In this document: piece after piece, positions 56,295 through 64,000 of the stretch
How positions within the stretch are numbered: position 1 is the first letter of the stretch
Layout of the letters: each line of letters starts with the position of its first letter
NCBI GenBank assembly: GCA_965140445.1
Contig: OZ223236.1
Location: 4,160,001-4,224,000 of the forward strand
Source: Candidatus Ozemobacteraceae bacterium
Lineage (GTDB): Bacteria > Muiribacteriota > Ozemobacteria > Ozemobacterales > Ozemobacteraceae
Length of the DNA stretch: 64,000 nucleotides
Direction: 5' to 3'
Notes under the pieces: model-generated
Seen by the model: only the letters and a program-made list of their open reading frames with translations
Told to the model about the DNA's origin: nothing
Database searches by the model: none
Position numbers and translations under genes: made by a program

Positions 56295-58619
56295 ATGAAA
56301 AATTGGCTAAAGAGACTTTTCGCCACGTTTACATTTTGCCTGGTTATTCAAATTTTAATCGCCTGCAACCCAGAACCAGGCCCACAGCATTTCCCACAAC
56401 CTCCAGCTCCTGTTCCCCCACAGATTACCAGCGGATATTTTGAGGTTCATAACAAGCATACCGGGCTCCCAACCAACAATATTCTCTCCGTACTTATGCA
56501 TGGAAAAAAGGTATTGGTAGGTTCTGAAGACCACGGCTTACTTTTATTTGAAGATGGAAACTGGAGAGAATTCAACCCTGAAACAACTATTAAGTTTCCA
56601 GCTTATTCTGTCTCCTGCCTGCTAAAAAAAGATGAAAATACTATTTACGCTGGTACACCTCAGGGTTTAATCGAAATTTTCCTTGATCCCAGAGGAGCAA
56701 ATCCAAAGTTTAAACTTCTAAATATCAATTCTGAAGAAAATCTCAACATTCTATCTCTGTCAGTGAAAGCTAATTCAGAATCAACATTTATTGCCGCATG
56801 CGATAAAAGAGCGGGAAAAATAGAGATGGGAACTTTTATACCATTTCAAATTCTGGATTATTATTCTCCAACAGGCTTCTCAGCAACTTTTTCTAATTCA
56901 GAATTTTCACTTATCGGCTGTAACCTTGGGCTTTTTAAAGCTATTGGCGAAAAACTGATTCCTTTTGATCTCCCGGGTGTTGAGCAGGGATGGGTTTCAG
57001 ATATTAAGACTTTTGACAATAAAACCATCTTCTTTACCTCTTCAAATGGCGCATTTGCCATGGAAAAAAATGGAAAGATTCATGAGTTATTACCAGGAAT
57101 TTGGTCAACCTGTTTAAGCTTTAGTGGCAAGCCAAATCTATTTGAGGAAACCCCTATACAACCCCGGGTAGTTCTAAGTCAAAAAGAGCTTCAACCGGAT
57201 TTTGAATCCGACCCTAAATTCAAAGCAGTTGTTTCAATGCGAGATGAGCTAAAAAAGGATTATGAAGAATACCAAAAAACCTATCGCAGTTATCGCAATA
57301 ATCCACTGTATCTTAGACAATTAGAACAAGAATATTGGGCAAGATTTCAAGATGTTTTTGATGCAATGGAAAATTTAGTTCAGGAACGCATTAAAATTGA
57401 AATTCCACTTTCAAAGGGTCTATGGGTTGGAACCCAAAATCAAGGGCTAATTTTATTTGCTGATGATGGAAAAAAATACCATCTTAATTATGAGAACTCA
57501 AAGCTTCCTTCAGATTCAATTTCCGCAATAGACTCCCGCAATAGCGGTGAAGCATGGTTTGCGACAAAAAATGCCGGGCTTCTTCACTATTCCAGGAAAA
57601 TCAGGAATTCTGAATTGGGACTTCAAAAACTTTTAAAATGCCAACCCAATAGAGTTCGAATTTATGGCAGCCTTTTATACATTGGGACTAAAAGTGATGG
57701 ACTACATATCTATAATTCGCAGAACAAGCGAAAAGTTGCGCATTTAAACTCAATAAAAAATAAAAACTTTCATTCTGAAGTGAATGATTTTGCCATGGAT
57801 GCAAACGGTGTTTTATGGATAGCTGGAGATCGAGGTCTTATAAGCTATGACGGCAGCAGTTTAAAAAACATTGGCTTTAATCAGGAAAAATTACCGGACT
57901 ACCCGGCAAAAAGAGTATGTGTTGATAGCTCTGGCAGAATTTGTGTCGCTTTTTCAGGCTCTATTCCAATTGAGGAGCAAATTTACTTTTTTAATGGCCA
58001 GGGTCTTGAAAATCTTGATTATCAAAAACTTCTTGAACTTTTGCAGCTAGATCAAGAAAGCCAAAAATCCTACTTTGATTTTTTTGGTCTTTCTAATACT
58101 TATCAGCGAGAATTTGACTTAATAAATGCTTCGGATTCTGTAAGAAATTTTTCATCGGGTAACAATTCCCCCGTAACCGCAATTATCAATTTGCCAAACT
58201 ACCTTCAAATTGGCTCTAAATCTGGGGCCCAAACGATATTTGATGGGGAGTCTTTTAAACAGCTATCTGAAAAAGGTTCTGGCAAGCTTGGAGAAATTTT
58301 AAATTTTGCAAAACTGCCTTCCAATCGTCTATTAATCCAGGGAAAGGATGTAATTAGTATTTTTGATGGTCTTGAATACAATTCAGTTGTCATTCCCGTA
58401 GCTTCTACAACTGGTGTTATGACGGATTTTTCTCCAGATAGTCAAAACCCTGAAGCCTTCTGGGTATCTTTCAGCAATGGTTCATCTGGAGGGTTCGCTT
58501 TATATCAAAAGCCATATTGGGAGCCTTTTAAGTTTGATGTTCCCGTCTATTCACTCGCTGTAGGGGAAGCATATATTTTCATTTGCTCAAAAGACGGAGT
58601 TTACTACTACCCAAACTAA
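56295..58619 (+). CDS. Lipoprotein with beta-propeller (Reg_prop-like) repeats
   Basis: Lipobox LIAC; LPTNNI, LPSDSISAI, LWVGT..GL and LWIAG..GL repeats. Confidence 0.75.
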   Translation: MKNWLKRLFATFTFCLVIQILIACNPEPGPQHFPQPPAPVPPQITSGYFEVHNKHTGLPTNNILSVLMHGKKVLVGSEDHGLLLFEDGNWREFNPETTIKFPAYSVSCLLKKDENTIYAGTPQGLIEIFLDPRGANPKFKLLNINSEENLNILSLSVKANSESTFIAACDKRAGKIEMGTFIPFQILDYYSPTGFSATFSNSEFSLIGCNLGLFKAIGEKLIPFDLPGVEQGWVSDIKTFDNKTIFFTSSNGAFAMEKNGKIHELLPGIWSTCLSFSGKPNLFEETPIQPRVVLSQKELQPDFESDPKFKAVVSMRDELKKDYEEYQKTYRSYRNNPLYLRQLEQEYWARFQDVFDAMENLVQERIKIEIPLSKGLWVGTQNQGLILFADDGKKYHLNYENSKLPSDSISAIDSRNSGEAWFATKNAGLLHYSRKIRNSELGLQKLLKCQPNRVRIYGSLLYIGTKSDGLHIYNSQNKRKVAHLNSIKNKNFHSEVNDFAMDANGVLWIAGDRGLISYDGSSLKNIGFNQEKLPDYPAKRVCVDSSGRICVAFSGSIPIEEQIYFFNGQGLENLDYQKLLELLQLDQESQKSYFDFFGLSNTYQREFDLINASDSVRNFSSGNNSPVTAIINLPNYLQIGSKSGAQTIFDGESFKQLSEKGSGKLGEILNFAKLPSNRLLIQGKDVISIFDGLEYNSVVIPVASTTGVMTDFSPDSQNPEAFWVSFSNGSSGGFALYQKPYWEPFKFDVPVYSLAVGEAYIFICSKDGVYYYPN

Positions 58620-58712
58620 ATTTCCCCTCGCTTCAAAACTTTTTGTTCGGCTGATAAAAAAACAATTCAGCTAAATGAAGAAAACTGTCGAACTCTATTA
58701 AAGAGAATAAAA

Positions 58713-59306
58713 ATGAAGCGAACAATCCTAATAATTACAGCAATTTTATGTGCCTTGTTTATACCAATGCGCAAAGCCAATATGGCTAGCAAAGTCGGTT
58801 ATTCAAGGTTCGAAACTCCTATGCCACCAATTTCAGGCAGAAAAAATGAGAAAAAGGCTTATTCAAGACTTAATTCACCGGAATTCTCATTTGGATACTG
58901 GCTTGGCAAAGGAAAAAGTTATCTTTCCAGAAAAGAATATGAGCAAGCGATCATAGCTTTCAGAAAAGCAAGAAAACTTAGACCAGCTTCAGAAGAAACA
59001 AGGCATCTATTAGCCTATTCTTATGAAAAAAGAGGTTTAGAAGGCTTACCAGGAGACCAATCTGATTGGGAAGCTCTTGCTGAGAGAGAATACAAAGCAT
59101 CTATTATGCTAGCTGACTACTTGCCCTCCAGATACAACCTCGCACTTCTCCAGATCAGAAATGAAAGGCTTTCAGAAGCAAGAAAAGAACTGGAACACAT
59201 ACTTACAGTTTCACCAACTTCAAAATTTGGAAAACTTGCTGATAGCCTCTTAGCCTCTGTAATGGATCAAGACTATCTTCCCGAGCATCTCTCAGTAAAT
59301 TATTAA
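58713..59306 (+). CDS. TPR protein, exported
   Basis: YEQAIIAFRKARKLRP and YNLALL...EARKELEHIL..SP. Confidence 0.78.
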   Translation: MKRTILIITAILCALFIPMRKANMASKVGYSRFETPMPPISGRKNEKKAYSRLNSPEFSFGYWLGKGKSYLSRKEYEQAIIAFRKARKLRPASEETRHLLAYSYEKRGLEGLPGDQSDWEALAEREYKASIMLADYLPSRYNLALLQIRNERLSEARKELEHILTVSPTSKFGKLADSLLASVMDQDYLPEHLSVNY

Positions 59307-59315
59307 AAGGTAAAT

Positions 59316-60926
59316 ATGAAAAACAAACGTTTAATAAGGATGTCTCTTGCGCTGTTAGCTTTTTGCATCGCCAATTGCGGTCTAACCTTCCGCCATACGA
59401 TTGCAAAAGAAAGCAGTATCGAAAGTCGCATTTTTAAACGTATTGAATATGCTGCAGAGAATGGAAAAATACTGGAAGCCAAAAAGGACATCGGAAGAGT
59501 TCTAAAGCTTAACCCAAAACATGTTGGAGCAAATTATTACGCAGGATACTATTCTTTTGTTGCCGGAGATTTTAAGAAGGCTGAAAAGTTTCTTAAGCGA
59601 GTAGCAAATGATGAGAAGTTTGGAGCAAATTCCAGAAAATATCTCGCTGAAATGCGCATGAATAAGTTTAAGAAAAAGTTTAACGAAGAACTGCAAAAAC
59701 TACTGGATGGAGGCGCTTACAAGCAAGCTCTGGACATGTGCAAAGAAGCCCTTGCCGAGATGGATGACAATACAGAAGTTATGATTGCAGCCGTCTATGC
59801 CTCCACCATGCTTGGCTTAAAACAACAAGCACAAATCTATCTGAATCAATTTAAATTAATTTCAAACAATAAAGAAACAGGTGCCGAACTCACTGCTTTT
59901 GTTGATGCATGGTTTAATGCTGGCTATGAGCCAGAGTTGTCACTTGAAAAACTTCTCCAGCTTACAGACCCACGTTTAAAAACAAGGGCAGTAAAACACA
60001 AAATGAAAAATCTGATGATTTCTCTTAATTTGAGTGACAAATATGAGGAATTTATAAATAAAGAAAAAAAACTTCCTGGTGCTGATGTAAACAGTCTGGA
60101 AAGAGAATTAATCAATTTCTTAATTTCCAATCAGGAATTTGAAAAAGCACTTACTTTAATAAATAAAAGGCCCGTAGATTCAATTGAGGACAACCTCATC
60201 TACATAAAGCTTTTGACAGCCACTCAAAAAGAAAAGAAAGCCATGCTTATGGCAAGACACGTTATGGCTACAGGTAAGGATATTCGTCTGTATAGTGCAT
60301 GGACATCTGCATATATAGCTTTTACCAGAAGAATGAACTCCAAACCTGATGGAGCAGACGAAGGCGGTAAAGATTTTGATGAAATGGCTGAAGAGGTCCT
60401 TGGAAGTGTCAAATTTGAAAAAATAGTAAGGACCCATCCAGAATTTTTACTAGATCTACAGATTCTCGCTGTTATTAATGAAGACGATAAAACAGCGAAA
60501 CTTATAAACCAAACCGCAACAGGAATTATTTTTTCCGATGAATTAGTAAAGCCTCTTTTGGAAGTTTGTAACACTTTAATTGATAAGCAAAGAAGTTCTC
60601 TTGCTGCCAATTTATTGGAAAGTGCACAGAACCAGCAACCACAAAACGCCGACATCCAAATCAAACTTGCTGAAGTTTACTTCATGAATGAAAACTATAA
60701 AACAGCTCTGGCACTACTGGAAAAACTCATCAGTGAACGACCAGAAGTTATTAGAGCCTTTGTCCTTTACATTGACTGTTTAAACGCAAACGGTGAATCT
60801 GCAAAGGCAGAAAAAGCGATACTAACAAAGCTTGACGAACCCAACTTAAACCCGATTGTCGAACGACAATTAAACGCAAAACTTGAGGTAATAAGAATGC
60901 AGAACCCTGATATGAACGCAAAATAA
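59316..60926 (+). CDS. TPR protein, exported
   Basis: VLKLNPKH..ANYYAG and LAEVYF...A.ALLEKLI..RP; signal peptide. Confidence 0.78.
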   Translation: MKNKRLIRMSLALLAFCIANCGLTFRHTIAKESSIESRIFKRIEYAAENGKILEAKKDIGRVLKLNPKHVGANYYAGYYSFVAGDFKKAEKFLKRVANDEKFGANSRKYLAEMRMNKFKKKFNEELQKLLDGGAYKQALDMCKEALAEMDDNTEVMIAAVYASTMLGLKQQAQIYLNQFKLISNNKETGAELTAFVDAWFNAGYEPELSLEKLLQLTDPRLKTRAVKHKMKNLMISLNLSDKYEEFINKEKKLPGADVNSLERELINFLISNQEFEKALTLINKRPVDSIEDNLIYIKLLTATQKEKKAMLMARHVMATGKDIRLYSAWTSAYIAFTRRMNSKPDGADEGGKDFDEMAEEVLGSVKFEKIVRTHPEFLLDLQILAVINEDDKTAKLINQTATGIIFSDELVKPLLEVCNTLIDKQRSSLAANLLESAQNQQPQNADIQIKLAEVYFMNENYKTALALLEKLISERPEVIRAFVLYIDCLNANGESAKAEKAILTKLDEPNLNPIVERQLNAKLEVIRMQNPDMNAK

Positions 60927-60977
60927 GGGTTTATCTAAATTCAATCAAATATAAGATCATAAGTCACTGGAGGTTAA

Positions 60978-61127
60978 ATGCTAATAGAAGTCTTCACAAA
61001 CGGAAAAGTAATTATCGATGGAATGGAATCAGGAAAGAGCTATAAGGCTGAAGATGTGCTCTTCGACTATCTGACAAACCCTGCTGGTTTTTCTAAAAAG
61101 AGCCAGAAAAAGAAAAAATCTGCATAA
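60978..61127 (+). CDS. Small protein (49 aa)
   Basis: GGAGG RBS; MLIEVFTNGKVIIDGMESGKSYKAEDVLFDYLTNPAGFSKKSQKKKKSA; terminator directly after. Confidence 0.7.
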   Translation: MLIEVFTNGKVIIDGMESGKSYKAEDVLFDYLTNPAGFSKKSQKKKKSA

Positions 61128-61160
61128 AAAAAACTGCCGCTAACTGCGGCAGTTTTTTTT
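61126..61160. terminator. Bidirectional terminator
   Basis: AAAAAAACTGCCGC-TAACT-GCGGCAGTTTTTTT. Confidence 0.85.
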
Positions 61161-61166
61161 TATATA

Positions 61167-62048
61167 TTATTGGTCTATTTTTGTTTTCAAATATTTGTAA
61201 AGAAGTTCCCAGGTTTCGTCACCTTTGATGTCGGCCATAACCTGATTGAAAAGATCATAAGCTTCTTTCTGGTTCTCAAGCTTCTCAAGCAGCTCGCCCT
61301 TGGTGCATAGCGCTGGTGGATAATCGGGTTCTTCTTCCAAAACCTTTTCAATTTCAGTAAGACTTTCCTGATATTTTCCCAGCTGAAGGAGAGCATCACA
61401 ATAATTGTTTCTTGCTTTTGAATCTTCTGGACGGTATTCAAGAGTTATTGCCCATTCCTTGGCAGCCACTTCAAAATTACCCATATCATAACTTGTATTG
61501 GCAAGATTGTAGTGATAATCAGGATCTTCAGGATAAATTTCTATTGCTTTCAAAAACTCTTCAACCGCATTCTCAAGCTGGTTTGTTTGATGATACGAAA
61601 GCCCTAAATAATGATGAACATCAGCAGCACCAGGATTAATTCGTGCAGCTTCTTTTAAAGCTTTTATAGCTTCCCGCATGAAACCTTTCTGAAAATGGTG
61701 ATATCCAAGATTGAAATATGCATGGTCAAAGTCTGGTTTAACCTTGATTGCTTCGTGCCAGTAATGCACAGCCTTTTCATGCATTTCCATTTTGTAATAA
61801 GTGTTTCCCAGATTGTATAGAGCTTTGTAATAATCAGGTTTGATATCCAAAGCAGCATGATATTGCTCAATAGCTTCGTCATACTTGTCAATTTTAAAGT
61901 AATGATTTCCTAATTCTTTGAGCAATTCAGGATTTTTGGGGGATGCTTTAACTAATTCTGTAATTTCTTCCAACGTTTTCTCCATAATAGATTCTCTTGA
62001 ATTTGAATTTTCACTCTGTGACCCCAGAGATTTTTTTTGGTCTTCCAT
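61167..62048 (-). CDS. Canonical TPR repeat protein
   Basis: Several 34-aa units (ALYNLGNTY, AYFNLG, HHYLG, HYNLA); probable start ATG 62048. Confidence 0.9.
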   Translation of the reverse strand: MEDQKKSLGSQSENSNSRESIMEKTLEEITELVKASPKNPELLKELGNHYFKIDKYDEAIEQYHAALDIKPDYYKALYNLGNTYYKMEMHEKAVHYWHEAIKVKPDFDHAYFNLGYHHFQKGFMREAIKALKEAARINPGAADVHHYLGLSYHQTNQLENAVEEFLKAIEIYPEDPDYHYNLANTSYDMGNFEVAAKEWAITLEYRPEDSKARNNYCDALLQLGKYQESLTEIEKVLEEEPDYPPALCTKGELLEKLENQKEAYDLFNQVMADIKGDETWELLYKYLKTKIDQ

Positions 62049-62129
62049 ACATTTTTCCTTGAGGAAAGAATTGTCTCTTAGGTATTCTATACGAAACAAT
62101 TCTTGATAGCAAGGGTAAGGCACCAACAA

Positions 62130-64000
62130 ATGAGTTTTTTTTCCAAAAAAATGTTCTTGAAACAGGTTCTATGCACGGTATGTCTGACCGCATACATGGC
62201 TTTTTTTCCTTTAAACAAAGGATTAGCGCAATCTACAACCATTGAGTTGTGGGATTTTCCTAGGTGGACGGAGGAGCTTGATAAAACAGACAGGTTTGTT
62301 TGGGCAAAAAGAAAGATTGCCGAATTCGAAAAACTAAATCCTCAGATAAAAGTAAAGTTCACCAAACTTACATGGAAAAGAGGAGCAGAAAAACTGAAGA
62401 TAGCGGCAATCGGGGGAAATTACCCAGATGTTGCAGCCGGAGCCATACCACTTTTATTCATAAACGAAAACTTAATTGAACCAATAAACGACTATCTTAC
62501 AGATTTTGATAAACAGGATTATTTCCCGGGAGCACTTGACGCCTTTAAAATTGGGGAAAAAATATATGGCTGGCCATGGTATATGAGCGGTCAGCTTCTA
62601 TTTGCAAACACTAGTATTTGCGCCTCGGCTGGCGTAGAACTTCCTGAATCAGGAAGATGGACCCATGAAGAATTTACCCGGAGCTTGGAAAAAATAAAAA
62701 ATTACATGGACACTGGAATCCCTGTAAGTCAATCTTCAAATAGCTTATCACACGGTATGGAACCTAAATATGAGCCTCTTACACCCAAAGGTGCATACCC
62801 ATTTGGAGTTTATTTTCAAAAGGGTGAAACAGCGAACTTCCCGTTTCTATTAAACTTTGGTGGCCGTTGGATAAGTAAGGATAATAAGTTCGCTGGAACA
62901 AGTCCAGAAATTAAAGCAGCTTTTGTATGGTTAAAATCTCTTATTGAAAAGGGCTTGGCACCCTCTGATAGTGGTGGAAGAAAAGACAAAGATATCTGGA
63001 CCGCATTTGGCAAAGAACAGAGAATAGCAATTGCAGCCTTTGGTTTGTGGGGAATAAAGGCCTTAAAGCAATCAAAAATTGATTTTCAGGTAATGCATTA
63101 CCCCCAAAAGCCTGGTAAAACAGGCGGACCATTCATTGGAACTTCAGGATTTTTTGTTTTTAAAAAGGAAAACAACAGTAAAAAAGACGCTGCAATGAAA
63201 CTCGCAAAGTTTCTAACTCTTGCAGAATCGCAAAAAGAACTTGTCAAGTATTCTCAGTTTCCTACCAGAAAAAGTGCTGGAAACATTTACGAAGGCGATC
63301 CACACATGTCCAAAGCTCTGAACATCCTTTCTGAAGGAAGAACCGTTTTTTCAGATACCAGATGGGATAAAATTGACGAAGAAATCGAAGCCTCAATTCA
63401 GGAAATCCTTCTTAATAGAAAAACCATTGAGACTGGAATGAGCAAAACCGGAGATCGCATTAATGGTTTCCTGGCCAATAAATCAGGTTCAATTCGCGAT
63501 GATATACGAAAAGGTAGTATCGTTGGACGTATTTTTCTGATTCTTTTCCTCGCTTCTATTATTTTCGCTCTCTATTCAAGGCAAATTCATCTATTTATGG
63601 TTATCCCAGCCATTGTAATAATTGGATTATTTTTGTTTTACCCTTTAACAGACGCTTTAGTGCTAGCTTTTAGAAACTATAGAATTGGAGAAGTTGGTAG
63701 TTACACACTTGAAAACTTCATTAGAGCCATTGAAGACCCCAGATTCGTAAAAGCCTGCAAAAACACATTGCTATACACTCTCGTAGTTGTTCCTGCAAAT
63801 GTCTTTACTGCACTGGTTGTAGCAAGTTTGATTTATTCTCTTTCAGGAAAAATGAAAAGCTTCTTTAGAGCGGCATATTATCTTCCTGGAGTTGCTTCCG
63901 TAGTTGTTTTATCAATGATATGGCGATGGATTTTCAATACCGAAGTTGGGCTTTTTAACACGGTATTACGCTATCTTCACATGCAGCCAGTCGGATGGTT
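62130..64000 (+). CDS. ABC sugar (CUT1) solute-binding protein fused to permease; truncated at the right edge
   Basis: Hand translation in one frame: signal peptide, EFEKLNPQIKV, YPDV, IYGWPW, then TM helices FYPLTDAL, LENF and FFRAAYYLPGVAS..IWRWIFN. Confidence 0.85.
   Translation, partial: MSFFSKKMFLKQVLCTVCLTAYMAFFPLNKGLAQSTTIELWDFPRWTEELDKTDRFVWAKRKIAEFEKLNPQIKVKFTKLTWKRGAEKLKIAAIGGNYPDVAAGAIPLLFINENLIEPINDYLTDFDKQDYFPGALDAFKIGEKIYGWPWYMSGQLLFANTSICASAGVELPESGRWTHEEFTRSLEKIKNYMDTGIPVSQSSNSLSHGMEPKYEPLTPKGAYPFGVYFQKGETANFPFLLNFGGRWISKDNKFAGTSPEIKAAFVWLKSLIEKGLAPSDSGGRKDKDIWTAFGKEQRIAIAAFGLWGIKALKQSKIDFQVMHYPQKPGKTGGPFIGTSGFFVFKKENNSKKDAAMKLAKFLTLAESQKELVKYSQFPTRKSAGNIYEGDPHMSKALNILSEGRTVFSDTRWDKIDEEIEASIQEILLNRKTIETGMSKTGDRINGFLANKSGSIRDDIRKGSIVGRIFLILFLASIIFALYSRQIHLFMVIPAIVIIGLFLFYPLTDALVLAFRNYRIGEVGSYTLENFIRAIEDPRFVKACKNTLLYTLVVVPANVFTALVVASLIYSLSGKMKSFFRAAYYLPGVASVVVLSMIWRWIFNTEVGLFNTVLRYLHMQPVGW

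Noticed and set aside
822..63132. Many 60-150 aa alternate-frame ORFs in the track
   Set aside because: They overlap well-supported genes and show no recognisable motifs
1..64000. CRISPR arrays, IS elements, prophage, rRNA or tRNA, REP family
   Set aside because: No spaced direct repeats or mobile-element genes seen by eye; the hairpins have unrelated sequences and mostly sit at gene ends

Overview
AT-rich bacterial chromosomal window with about 60 CDS. I found no rRNA, tRNA, CRISPR array, transposase, integrase or phage genes. Gene content points to an anaerobic diderm: HydE, a COG1149/NifX metal-cofactor operon, MltA, prepilin-like genes and many secreted proteins and lipoproteins. The overall style suggests an uncultured lineage such as Ca. 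Riflebacteria, but that is an unverified impression. Main blocks: a minus-strand operon (transketolase, gloA, nuclease, YibE/F, TerB-like, HEAT protein, fluC); a peptidase cluster; a DUF134-NifX-fused double ferredoxin-ATPase-NifX operon with a palindrome inside its promoter; a 1189-aa Ig/LTD/metzincin lipoprotein; a TetR locus with two matching operators; a gpx-gpx-msrBA repair operon converging on a sigma-54 module; prepilin-like genes; rplY followed by a frameshifted carD; TPR and propeller proteins; and an ABC solute-binding protein fused to its permease at the right edge. Missed by the ORF track: the left-edge CDS, carD, a 49-aa ORF, the right-edge fusion and a candidate sRNA at about 16.83-16.92 kb. 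All family calls come from motif recognition by eye, not database searches.
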